This document shows, one piece after another, positions 17,762 through 26,145 of a DNA stretch of 64,000 bases. The notes under the pieces are model-generated. The model saw nothing but the letters and a program-made list of their open reading frames with translations. It had not been told where the DNA came from and ran no database searches. The stretch spans positions 1,376-65,375 of the forward strand of contig CAZOUN010000005.1 of assembly GCA_964582965.1 (NCBI GenBank), written 5' to 3'. Each line of letters begins with the position of its first letter. The stretch's first letter is position 1. A program made the translations under genes and the position numbers. This DNA is from an uncultured Anaerolineales bacterium. Lineage in GTDB: Bacteria; Chloroflexota; Anaerolineae; Anaerolineales; UBA11858.

Positions 17762-19975
17762 CTAGAAATTTCCCCCGAATTCCTCATCGGAAGCAATGAA
17801 CACTTCCCGCTCAATACCACTGCCCTTGGATGGGCCAACATAACCCAGGGCTGATAATTCATCCATCAGGCGGGCGGCCCGGGGGTATCCAATGCGTAAT
17901 TTCCGTTGGATCAAAGACGTAGATGCCCTATGAGAATCTCGTACAATCCGGAAAGCATCCTTTATAAGATCATCATATTCGTCCAATTCAGCTTTCTCAT
18001 CAATTGTCTTTTCCCAGGGTGGGATTATCAACTCTTCTGGTTCAATACCAGATATATCCCTCCAGGATTTGATCACCCGATCCAGTTCTTCCGAGGTCAC
18101 CCAGCAGCCTTGTGTCCGAACAGGACTGGAAGATTCAGGAGAGAGATAAAGCATATCGCCGTTTCCGAGCAAGGATTCAGCCCCGTTCATATCCAGAACA
18201 ACCCGGGAGTCTACTGAAGAAGCCACCGCGAATGACATTCTGGCTGGGAAATTAGCTTTGATTAAACCAGTGACCACATCCGTGCTGGGGCGCTGGGTTG
18301 CAACTACCAGGTGTATGCCAACCGCTCGGGACATCTGAGCCAGGCGCACCAGGGTGAATTCTGTCTGAGATGGGGCCATCATCATCAGATCCGCCAATTC
18401 ATCGATCATCACCACAATGCGGGGCATGATCTTCTCGTCTTTCTTTTTCCGGATCTTGTTATTATAGGTATCAATGTTGCGGGACCTTGTTTCGTCCAAA
18501 ACCTGGTAGCGGCGGTCCATTTCTCCCACAACCCAGTGCAAGACACCCAGTATCCGCTCTAGATCGGTCTCTACCTGCCCGAAGAGGTGCGGCAGTCCAT
18601 TAAATCGAATCAGCTCGACCATTTTGGGATCGATCATAACCAGCTTCAGTTGTTCCGGCGTGTTGTTCATCACCAGGCAAGTTGTTAAGGAAGTAATGCA
18701 TACCGATTTTCCTGATCCTGTAGTACCAGCGATTAACAAGTGGGGCATACTGGCCAGGTCAGCTACAACAGGCTCGCCAGAAACATCGCTACCTAACGCA
18801 ATTGCCAGTGGAGAATCCACTTTATAAAAGGCTTCAGACTCCATTACCGAACGCAATGTGACGAGGAATGATTTTTCATTTGGCACTTCAATGCCAACAT
18901 ATGATCTGCCCGGAACCGGAGCTTCTATTCTTAATTGAGTAGCAGACAAGGCCAGGGCCAGATCGTTCTTAAGGGAGGTGATGCGTGATACTCTCACCCG
19001 TTTCCTTTCCTCGTCAGCTTCGTCATCCGCACCGTTCAAATAGCCAGGTTTTACCGCAAACTGGGTCACGGTCGGCCCTACCTGGAATCCCACCACCTGG
19101 GCTGGAATCCCAAATTCAGCCAGTGTTTTTTCAATCAGCCCCGCCGAAGTATTGATATGTCTTTGATTGGGTTTAAATGATTTCCCAGAAATCAGAAGGT
19201 CCAGGGATGGAAGAGTGTTATCCCTTGGTGGCAACTCTACCGGTTTGTCATTCTTGACATCCACTTTAAATTGTTTCCGGAACTCTGGAGGTACTTTTGG
19301 GGTCCGTTTAATAGAAGTGGGTTTATCTGGTAAAGACCCAATTGAGGGTCCTTCTTTTTCTCCCATCACTCTTTGATCCAACCTGGATGACAGGGATGGT
19401 TCCCTCATCAAGTCCAGCTGTTCTTTTACCCGTTCGGTAAAACCGAATCCGATTACACCGGCAATGAAAGCAAACAGGAAAGCCAAGATCCCGGTTGGAA
19501 TTAAACCAATCAAGCTCGAGACCGCCTCCACCAATCCCCATCCCACCAAACCACCATCCAATCCTTCTCTTGCCCGGGTCAGTGAATGACCTCCGAAAAC
19601 AGTGAACAGGGCGATCAGGGCGAAAATCGCAATTTCCAAAGCAAATATCCTGACCCAGATGACCGAATAAGGTTCACCAGCTTGTTTCTTTAACATCCAG
19701 ATGCCCAGAACGATACCGGAAGCAACCACAAAGATACTCCCCCATCCCAGGCCAAAACGAATGAAATTGGTCCATTTTAATAATGCCGATCCAGCAACAA
19801 GGCTTGGCAGGAGAGTAGCGATCAATACCATCACAGAAAAAGCTATCAGCAGGATGCCAAATATATCCCAGCCATAATTTTTTGCGCGTTTCCAGATACC
19901 TTGAAATGACTTGCTTTGTTCTGAAAGCGAGTCCAAAATATCTTTGATATTGCGGGGGTCCTGATTATTCACCAC
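17762..19975 (-). CDS. ftsK: DNA translocase FtsK/SpoIIIE
   Basis: N-terminal TM helices, motor domain with Walker A GTTGSGKS and Walker B VVMIDELADL, and a C-terminal gamma wHTH (SLIQRKLRIGYPRAARLMDEL). GTG start. Confidence 0.92.
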   Translation of the reverse strand: MVNNQDPRNIKDILDSLSEQSKSFQGIWKRAKNYGWDIFGILLIAFSVMVLIATLLPSLVAGSALLKWTNFIRFGLGWGSIFVVASGIVLGIWMLKKQAGEPYSVIWVRIFALEIAIFALIALFTVFGGHSLTRAREGLDGGLVGWGLVEAVSSLIGLIPTGILAFLFAFIAGVIGFGFTERVKEQLDLMREPSLSSRLDQRVMGEKEGPSIGSLPDKPTSIKRTPKVPPEFRKQFKVDVKNDKPVELPPRDNTLPSLDLLISGKSFKPNQRHINTSAGLIEKTLAEFGIPAQVVGFQVGPTVTQFAVKPGYLNGADDEADEERKRVRVSRITSLKNDLALALSATQLRIEAPVPGRSYVGIEVPNEKSFLVTLRSVMESEAFYKVDSPLAIALGSDVSGEPVVADLASMPHLLIAGTTGSGKSVCITSLTTCLVMNNTPEQLKLVMIDPKMVELIRFNGLPHLFGQVETDLERILGVLHWVVGEMDRRYQVLDETRSRNIDTYNNKIRKKKDEKIMPRIVVMIDELADLMMMAPSQTEFTLVRLAQMSRAVGIHLVVATQRPSTDVVTGLIKANFPARMSFAVASSVDSRVVLDMNGAESLLGNGDMLYLSPESSSPVRTQGCWVTSEELDRVIKSWRDISGIEPEELIIPPWEKTIDEKAELDEYDDLIKDAFRIVRDSHRASTSLIQRKLRIGYPRAARLMDELSALGYVGPSKGSGIEREVFIASDEEFGGNF

Positions 19976-19983
19976 AGAAACTC

Positions 19984-20937
19984 CTAGAATTTTTCCTCAT
20001 TTTTTTGTGATGTTTGCCGGAAAGTTGCCAACCCAATCCCGGCTAAAATAAGTATAGCACCAATTATTTTCACCGCTGGAGGTGTCTCGTTCAGGAAGAA
20101 ATAAGCCAGTATGGAGGATCCTACTGGTTCACCTAGCAAGTTCACAGCAACATAGCCAGTTGGCAGATATTTTAGCGACCAATTGAAGATAGAGTGTCCC
20201 AGCAGTTGTGGTATTAAAGCCAATAAAAGCAGCCAGAGGTATACCTTACCCGGATATACAGGGGGAATTCCATCCATGATCAGCATAGCAATTACAAGGA
20301 AAATCGCAGAGGCGCTGAAAACCAGGAAAATATAGGGTGCCAGAGAGATCTTGCTCCTCAGGTGTTTTCCGATCATCAAGTATGTTGCAGCTGCGACAGC
20401 GCCAAACAGGGCCAGGAAATCACCCAGGAGTGTTTGAGAGCCCAGACTTCCGATTACACCCTGGCAGCTAAGCCCTCCAGGCATCCAAGCACATACATCA
20501 CTAAGAGCAATAACGATTCCACCCAGCAAAGCAATAACCATTCCAATGAAAGCGATCCGGGGTGTCTTTTCTCCCAGAAAGAAGGGTGCCAGCAGTGCGA
20601 CCCAGAGCGGTGTGGTGGTCACGAGGACAACAGAACTCGCCACCGATGTATATTCAAGAGATGTGATCCAGGAGGCAAAATGAACAGCCAGTAAAAAACC
20701 CGCCAGCAAAGCGAATTTCAAGTCATCCCAAGTTAAACTCCTGATTTCGCGATTGTGTTTGATGAGAGTATACGGAAGAAGGATCAGGGCAGCCAATCCC
20801 ATCCGAAAAGCTGCTATGGTGATTGAAGGGACATATTCTTGGGAGAATCGGATCAGCAGAGAAGCTGTGGATACTGCAACAATACCAACTGGGACAAGCA
20901 GGTGTGGTGCTACAGGATGGATAGCGTCCTTTTTCAT
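19984..20937 (-). CDS. DMT-superfamily (EamA-like) transporter
   Basis: Ten predicted TM helices arranged as two EamA repeats. Confidence 0.85.
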   Translation of the reverse strand: MKKDAIHPVAPHLLVPVGIVAVSTASLLIRFSQEYVPSITIAAFRMGLAALILLPYTLIKHNREIRSLTWDDLKFALLAGFLLAVHFASWITSLEYTSVASSVVLVTTTPLWVALLAPFFLGEKTPRIAFIGMVIALLGGIVIALSDVCAWMPGGLSCQGVIGSLGSQTLLGDFLALFGAVAAATYLMIGKHLRSKISLAPYIFLVFSASAIFLVIAMLIMDGIPPVYPGKVYLWLLLLALIPQLLGHSIFNWSLKYLPTGYVAVNLLGEPVGSSILAYFFLNETPPAVKIIGAILILAGIGLATFRQTSQKNEEKF

Positions 20938-20987
20938 GAAGAATGTAACCTCTTTCAGAAAAGAAAGTTTTCAACTGGTCAATTTTC

Positions 20988-21016
20988 TTGACAAAGAAAA
21001 TATCGGGTACTACAAT
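20988..21016 (+). promoter_or_regulatory. Sigma-70-type promoter for the ferredoxin gene
   Basis: TTGACA (20988-20993), 17-nt spacer, TACAAT (21011-21016). Confidence 0.5.
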
Positions 21017-21098
21017 TCGTTTCTAGAGAGTTTATTATACAGTAGCTAGATAGTTATTAAGTTATACTCATTAAAACCAATTAACGTGGAGGATTATT

Positions 21099-21509
21099 AT
21101 GACTCATGTAATCACAAGTTTCTGCTTGCACGACGGCAGCTGTGTGGAAGTTTGTCCAACAGAATGCATTGTGCCCGGGATACCAGTTGAAGAATATCCC
21201 AATTATTATATCGATCCAGAAACCTGCATCGATTGTGGTGCCTGTGCACCCGAATGCCCCTATGATGCCATTTATATGGAAGATGAAGTTCCTTCCGCCT
21301 ACGAAGCCCACGGCGATGAGCGCATGAATATGCCGGTTGGTACTGAAGGTTATACTGAGGAATTTGATTCTGAGGATGTCAATGGTGTCACCTGGGCACT
21401 CAAGGCAACCCGCGTCCTGGATGAGGGTGAAGTTGTAGACCTGACCCCCGCCATTCAGGCCAACGAAGATTACTACACCGCCGGTCCCGGGTACGAAGCT
21501 TTAGATTAA
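21099..21509 (+). CDS. 4Fe-4S ferredoxin with an acidic C-terminal extension
   Basis: Cys clusters CLHDGSCVEVCP and CIDCGACAPECP. Confidence 0.85.
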   Translation: MTHVITSFCLHDGSCVEVCPTECIVPGIPVEEYPNYYIDPETCIDCGACAPECPYDAIYMEDEVPSAYEAHGDERMNMPVGTEGYTEEFDSEDVNGVTWALKATRVLDEGEVVDLTPAIQANEDYYTAGPGYEALD

Positions 21510-21600
21510 CGGTTTGTTTACTGTTATTGCTATAACCAGGACGACCCACCTTCCCAAAGATAAATCGACGATGTGGGTCGCCCTCTTTTCTGTAAATATA

Positions 21601-21632
21601 AAAAGAAGCCAGAACTGGCTTCTTTTTGTTTT
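21601..21632. terminator. Bidirectional intrinsic terminator between the ferredoxin and feoB genes
   Basis: aaaagaagccag-aa-ctggcttctttt is a perfect 12-bp stem flanked by A-runs and T-runs on both sides. A second hairpin (cgacccac/gtgggtcg, 21542-21580) lies upstream. Confidence 0.7.
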
Positions 21633-21653
21633 AAACGAATAAAAACATGGATA

Positions 21654-21768
21654 TCATCCCGAGCGCATGCGAAGGATCTATTCACATCACCACCAAATAA
21701 TCTCTGCTTTTCAAGCCCTGCTTCCATAATCCGATGGCTTATTGGATTCTTCACTTCGGTCAGAATGA
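21654..21768. repeat. Intergenic inverted-repeat element (two ~25-nt related arms about 65 nt apart)
   Basis: Arm A is tcatcccgagcgcatgcgaaggatc (21654-21678). Arm B is ggattcttcacttcggtcagaatga (21744-21768). The reverse complement of B matches A at about 17 of 25 positions, and each arm is itself a mini-palindrome (ATCC..GGAT, ATTC..GAAT). Confidence 0.55.
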
Positions 21769-21782
21769 CAATTTGTATTGCC

Positions 21783-23207
21783 CTACCACCCTGCAATCAG
21801 CCGCCAGATTTGGGCTGTGAAGAACGTGATCACAAAACCCATTACAACTGGCAAAAGGGATGCAATGGTAGTCCATTTGGCGCTGCCGGTTTCTTTGTAA
21901 ATGGTGTAAATAGTAGTGCTGCAGGGATTGTGGATCAGGCTGAAAAGCATTAGATTCACACCAGTCAATAAGGTCCATCCTCCCTGGGTAAGTATGTTCA
22001 GCGTTGCCAATCCGGATTCCAGCTCGAACATAACGCCAGAACCTGCTCCAAATCCGTTCCCGCCTGTTACCAATACGGTTAACATCATAATGGTAGGAAT
22101 GACGATCTCATTGGCCGGTATAGCCACGATATAAGCCACCAAGATCACTCCGTTCAATCCCAAGAGCAATCCAAACGGATTCAGGAAGTTGACCAAATGT
22201 TCCGCCAGGCTCACACCGCTAATCATCAGGTTGGCCGAGATCCACAAGATCATGCCGGCCGGGAGAGCAAAAACGATAGCCCGCCATAACACAACCAGGG
22301 TCCGGTCAATCATAGAGGTGTAAAGAGTTTGCAAGATGCGGGGAGGTCGGTAGGGAGGAAGTTCCAATGTAAAAGTCGATACTTCTCCCTTCAGAATCGT
22401 TCTTGATAAAGCCCAGGAGACACCAAAGGTCAGCAGCACCCCCAGCAAGGCGATTGCAACCACAGAGATAGCGGATATCAATCCCCCCAGGTAAGCGGGG
22501 ACCATCGTTCCGATAAAGATAGTAGCAATCAGGATCTGGGTCGGCCAGCGCCCGTTGCAGAGTGAAAAGTTATTGGTGATGATAGCGATCAGCCGCTCCC
22601 GGGGACTGTCAATGATCCTGGTGGAGATCACTCCGGCAGCGTTGCAGCCAAACCCCATGGTCATGCTCAGGGCTTGTTTGCCATGCGCGCCGGCTTTACG
22701 AAAGATGTGATCCAGGTTAAACGCTACCCGGGGCAGGTAACCAAAGTCTTCCAGTAAGGTGAACAGCGGGAAGAAGATCGCCATAGGAGGCAGCATCACG
22801 CTCACTACCCAGGCAGTTGCCAGATATGCTCCGTCAATCAGAACGCCATCCAGCCACCAGGGCATCCCAATGCTGGCAGCGCCAGCCTTCAATAGAGGAT
22901 GGACCTTATCGATTAGTAAGGAAAACAGCACACTAGATGGATAATTGGCTCCAGTGATCGTTAACCAGAATACAAAGGTTAACATCAAGATCATCAGGGG
23001 AAATCCCCACACTCTACTGGTAACCAGTTTATCAATAGTACGGTCCAGGTCAAAACGCGGTTTTTCTTCTGGATAAGTCACAGCCCGATCCGCGATCCGG
23101 GTGGCATCGGTATAAAGCGCTTCCATGGTCTTCTCATGGAAATCCACCCCGATATCCCAACGGAGATCCTGGGCTGATTTAAGGATTTTTTCGTAGTTTG
23201 GATTCAT
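21783..23207 (-). CDS. feoB: Ferrous iron transporter FeoB, membrane (Gate/nucleoside-recognition) portion encoded as a separate gene
   Basis: Polytopic protein with FeoB core blocks ([19 protein letters not shown]). It has its own AGGTG SD 5 nt before the ATG. Confidence 0.88.
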   Translation of the reverse strand: MNPNYEKILKSAQDLRWDIGVDFHEKTMEALYTDATRIADRAVTYPEEKPRFDLDRTIDKLVTSRVWGFPLMILMLTFVFWLTITGANYPSSVLFSLLIDKVHPLLKAGAASIGMPWWLDGVLIDGAYLATAWVVSVMLPPMAIFFPLFTLLEDFGYLPRVAFNLDHIFRKAGAHGKQALSMTMGFGCNAAGVISTRIIDSPRERLIAIITNNFSLCNGRWPTQILIATIFIGTMVPAYLGGLISAISVVAIALLGVLLTFGVSWALSRTILKGEVSTFTLELPPYRPPRILQTLYTSMIDRTLVVLWRAIVFALPAGMILWISANLMISGVSLAEHLVNFLNPFGLLLGLNGVILVAYIVAIPANEIVIPTIMMLTVLVTGGNGFGAGSGVMFELESGLATLNILTQGGWTLLTGVNLMLFSLIHNPCSTTIYTIYKETGSAKWTTIASLLPVVMGFVITFFTAQIWRLIAGW

Positions 23208-23256
23208 AAATACACCTGCTTAGTAATCAATTATTTTCTGATCAAAAGGCTGCCGA

Positions 23257-24135
23257 TCACTGCGCAAACCCACTTTTATGAGAAACATGACTCGCGCTAG
23301 CACCATCTAGATCATCCCGCGTATATGTGAGGTCTCCCAATTCGCCATCTTCAACGGCCTGGATGATCCTTTCGTCACCATCAAGTAAGCGCAAGGCGAC
23401 CCAACGAGCATTAGGCACCTCCGGAAATACTTCCTCGATTTGAGCAACCAGTTGGGATACTGCCCGGTCCAATTTGGGGTTGTCGTATTTTACGTGATAG
23501 GGTTTGGCAAGCGTTGCACCATCTGCAACCTCATGAATTGCGGCCAGCAGATCTTCCAGACCTTCGTCATAGCGAGCAACTGTTGGCACTACTGGGACAC
23601 CCAGGTCTCGGGCCAGACGGCGGGGATCTACCTTCATTTGATGACGGTCCGCTTCATCCATCAAGTTTAGGCAGATTACAACCCGGTTGGTGATCTCAAG
23701 CACCTGGAGCACCAGGTTCAGATTCCTTTCCAGCCGGGAGGCATCCACCACAACTATGGTGACGTCCGGCTGCCCGAAGAGGATAAAATCCCGGGCGATC
23801 TCTTCATCCAGGCTGGTGGCCAACAGGGAATAGGTTCCGGGCAGGTCAACCAGTTTATAAAGTTTATCCGCATATTCAAAGCCACCTTCGGCCCGGGTTA
23901 CCGTCTTTCCAGGCCAGTTCCCGGTATGCTGCCTTAATCCGGTCAGTGCGTTAAATACCGTGCTTTTGCCGGTATTGGGATTTCCGGCCAGAGCGACCAC
24001 AAAATCCCAGTTATCCATATCCACACCCAGTTTCTTTAGGTTCGCCGCATGATGGACCGGACAGCTGGCGCAATCTGCGTTTACGCCTGCCAGGCCGGAT
24101 CCTTCTTGTGGTTTTTTGTTTTTTTCCTGACCCAT
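23257..24135 (-). CDS. feoB: FeoB N-terminal GTPase (G-domain plus helical domain) encoded as a separate gene, with a Cys/His-containing N-terminal extension
   Basis: G1 GNPNTGKST, G3 DLPG and G4 NLMD motifs. The N-terminal ~45 aa contain CASCPVHH. Confidence 0.88.
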   Translation of the reverse strand: MGQEKNKKPQEGSGLAGVNADCASCPVHHAANLKKLGVDMDNWDFVVALAGNPNTGKSTVFNALTGLRQHTGNWPGKTVTRAEGGFEYADKLYKLVDLPGTYSLLATSLDEEIARDFILFGQPDVTIVVVDASRLERNLNLVLQVLEITNRVVICLNLMDEADRHQMKVDPRRLARDLGVPVVPTVARYDEGLEDLLAAIHEVADGATLAKPYHVKYDNPKLDRAVSQLVAQIEEVFPEVPNARWVALRLLDGDERIIQAVEDGELGDLTYTRDDLDGASASHVSHKSGFAQ

Positions 24136-24184
24136 AGGATTTCTTCCTTTTTTTGAATTCCTACCAGTAATGGTTATCTCTGGT

Positions 24185-25210
24185 TCAATTTACCGTTTTT
24201 ACCCTGATCTGCCGGGCCTGGCTGCTTCTCAAAGCGATCACCGAACCCCTGATCCTGTAAGCAGTGGGGTCTCCGCCGGGACTGACCATCTCAACATCGA
24301 TCTCCGTACCTGGAATAATTCCTAAATCAAATAGCCGCCTACGCTCAACACCCCGGCTGAGAGAAGATATACCCGTGACCACACCGGACTGACCGGGCTG
24401 CAGGGAATCCAGGGGGACTCCCTCGATCTGATGATCATGGTTTTCTTCTGACAGGGGAACTACTGAGATATTAGCAGCCACGATCGGTGCCAGAACATGT
24501 TCCTGGTCAGCCGTCCAGAAGCGGATCCTATTTGCTGTGACCTCATCAACTTCTACAACCATATTAGGGTGCAGATCTTCGGCAATGATCTGCGCATAAA
24601 TCACATCCGGTTCATCTTCAATATGAACGATTCGGGATAGAGTACCCAAGGCCAGGTCGGACAAGGGTACACCCCCATGGGACACCCATTCTCCGCGTCG
24701 GGTTGGAATTGGATCTCCGTGCGGATCGTGAGTGGGATGACCCAAACTGGCAGCCAGGCGGTTCACCTCTTCCTCGGAGAGTTTATGCTCCAACCGCTCT
24801 GCCTGCTGATGCCAATCTCTTTCTTCAAACCCGGTGCTGTCGGCCAAATAGCGTTCCCACATGCGGTGAGCCCGGACGATCTGGGTAGCGGTTCTTTTAC
24901 CTGCGTCCGTTAAACTAAAACTATTTTCACTTAATTTCAATAACCCTCTTGACTGGGTCAACGCCAGGATTTCTGAGGCCTGGGCCAGGCTGGTAGAGAG
25001 TGCTCCAGCCAGGCTTTCTACGGTAGCAGTCTTCTGATTGCGCTCACATTTGAAGATATATTTCAAAGTGTCCTCTATCAGGACCTTCTCGGTTAATTCC
25101 TGCCTTTTCTGCAGCCTCCAAAACAACCCGGCCTGGGGCCAAAAAATCAGTCCTGCAACTCCCATTACACCAATACCGATCAATAAAGCAAATAGGGGGG
25201 TAATCATCAT
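24185..25210 (-). CDS. Membrane-anchored DtxR/MntR-like domain fused to two FeoA (SH3-like) domains
   Basis: N-terminal TM helix (ITPLFALLIGIGVMGVAGLIFW). DtxR-like wHTH plus metal-site/dimerisation block (RAHRMWERYL ... WHQQAERLEHKLS ... GHPTHDPHGDPIP). Then two FeoA-like modules, the second reading LQPGQSGVVTGIS ... LFDLGIIPGTEIDV. Start candidates are GTG 25213, ATG 25210 and ATG 25207, just after a GGAG. Confidence 0.75.
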   Translation of the reverse strand: MMITPLFALLIGIGVMGVAGLIFWPQAGLFWRLQKRQELTEKVLIEDTLKYIFKCERNQKTATVESLAGALSTSLAQASEILALTQSRGLLKLSENSFSLTDAGKRTATQIVRAHRMWERYLADSTGFEERDWHQQAERLEHKLSEEEVNRLAASLGHPTHDPHGDPIPTRRGEWVSHGGVPLSDLALGTLSRIVHIEDEPDVIYAQIIAEDLHPNMVVEVDEVTANRIRFWTADQEHVLAPIVAANISVVPLSEENHDHQIEGVPLDSLQPGQSGVVTGISSLSRGVERRRLFDLGIIPGTEIDVEMVSPGGDPTAYRIRGSVIALRSSQARQIRVKTVN

Positions 25211-25905
25211 CACTCCTTATTCTCACCTGGATCCTGGGGTTCAACCTGGATCTGGGCTGTAACATTCGCTCCAAGAACAACTACCTCACCATCTCCCACT
25301 ACTTTAAGACGGAGGTTATTATCATATGGGGAATAATCAATAATTTCAAATGAAGCTCCCGGAACAAGGCCCAGGGACTCTAAATAACGCAACAAACCTG
25401 GATCATCATCATTCACACTATGGACTTCGCCTGCCTGGCCGGGACGCAGATCTTGCAGAATACAGGTGTCAAGATCCGGCATTTCCAGATTGCGAGACGG
25501 AATTGGTTTTCCATGTAATCCCCGTTCGGGATTTCCAAGAACTGCTGCTACCCGTTCTTCAAATTCTTCTGAGATCACATGTTCCATCCGTTCTGCTTCG
25601 GCATGAACCTCGTCCCAGGAAAATCCCAGGATCTCGTGTAAAAATAGCTCCAATAATCGGTGGTGGCGAATGGTTTCCAGGGCTGCTTTCTTCCCTTCTT
25701 CGGTCAGAGCTACTCCCTGGCGTTTCACATAATCCAGCAGAGGAGGCTCTTCACCGGCTAACCGCTGGAACATATCTGTCACCGATGCTGGACTGACATT
25801 TAACATTTCAGCAATCTGCCCTGTCCCTACCCGCTGATTGCCAGCGGATAAGTCATATATGACTTTCAAGTAATCTTCTACTGTATCTGACAGCTGCCTA
25901 TCCAT
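25210..25905 (-). CDS. DtxR/IdeR/MntR-family metal-dependent transcriptional regulator with a C-terminal FeoA/SH3-like domain
   Basis: wHTH (TGQIAEMLNVSPASVTDMFQRL), metal-site block RHHRLLELFL ... VHAEAERMEHVIS, HGKPIP, and a C-terminal SH3-like domain (LRPGQAGEVHSV). Confidence 0.85.
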   Translation of the reverse strand: MDRQLSDTVEDYLKVIYDLSAGNQRVGTGQIAEMLNVSPASVTDMFQRLAGEEPPLLDYVKRQGVALTEEGKKAALETIRHHRLLELFLHEILGFSWDEVHAEAERMEHVISEEFEERVAAVLGNPERGLHGKPIPSRNLEMPDLDTCILQDLRPGQAGEVHSVNDDDPGLLRYLESLGLVPGASFEIIDYSPYDNNLRLKVVGDGEVVVLGANVTAQIQVEPQDPGENKE

Positions 25906-25933
25906 TCCAACTCCATTTTTGTTATACTAAATC

Positions 25934-25952
25934 TTATTTTAGGCTAATCTAA
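25934..25952. promoter_or_regulatory. Candidate DtxR/IdeR-type operator
   Basis: ttattttaggctaatctaa matches the 19-bp IdeR palindrome consensus TTAGGTTAGGCTAACCTAA at 16 of 19 positions. It lies inside the spacer and -10 region of the predicted feo-operon promoter. Confidence 0.5.
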
Positions 25953-25963
25953 ATTTTTGTCAA
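25936..25963 (-). promoter_or_regulatory. Sigma-70-type promoter of the dtxR-feoA-feoB operon
   Basis: On the minus strand: TTGACA (25963-25958), 16-nt spacer, TAAAAT (25941-25936). A TGGAG SD precedes the ATG at 25905. Confidence 0.5.
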
Positions 25964-26084
25964 GGACTAAAATCCCGGTTTATATAGTCTGAGACGGAAA
26001 ATCCTCTAGCGTATGCATATATAAATATTTTTAATGGAATAATTGATATATTTTAGTTAATTATTGATTTATTCAATATATATG

Positions 26085-26112
26085 TTGACTTTTATAAACT
26101 TAATGCTACAAT
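26085..26112 (+). promoter_or_regulatory. Sigma-70-type promoter (extended -10) for the MFS gene
   Basis: TTGACT (26085-26090), 16-nt spacer ending in TGc, TACAAT (26107-26112). Confidence 0.5.
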
Positions 26113-26145
26113 TGGAAAAAATTACTCAAAATTACAGGAAAACAA

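Noticed and set aside
21530-21953. Two overlapping ORFs (21530-21796 minus, 21573-21953 plus) in the ferredoxin/feoB gap.
   Set aside because: They run through two terminator hairpins and the inverted-repeat element, then into the feoB 3' end. Neither has an SD, and the peptides look like repeat translations.
23208-23256. The FeoB split as a frameshift pseudogene.
   Set aside because: The downstream ORF has its own SD and ATG, and the upstream ORF ends after a complete G-domain plus helical domain. I treat it as a real two-gene arrangement, but read-level verification is advisable.
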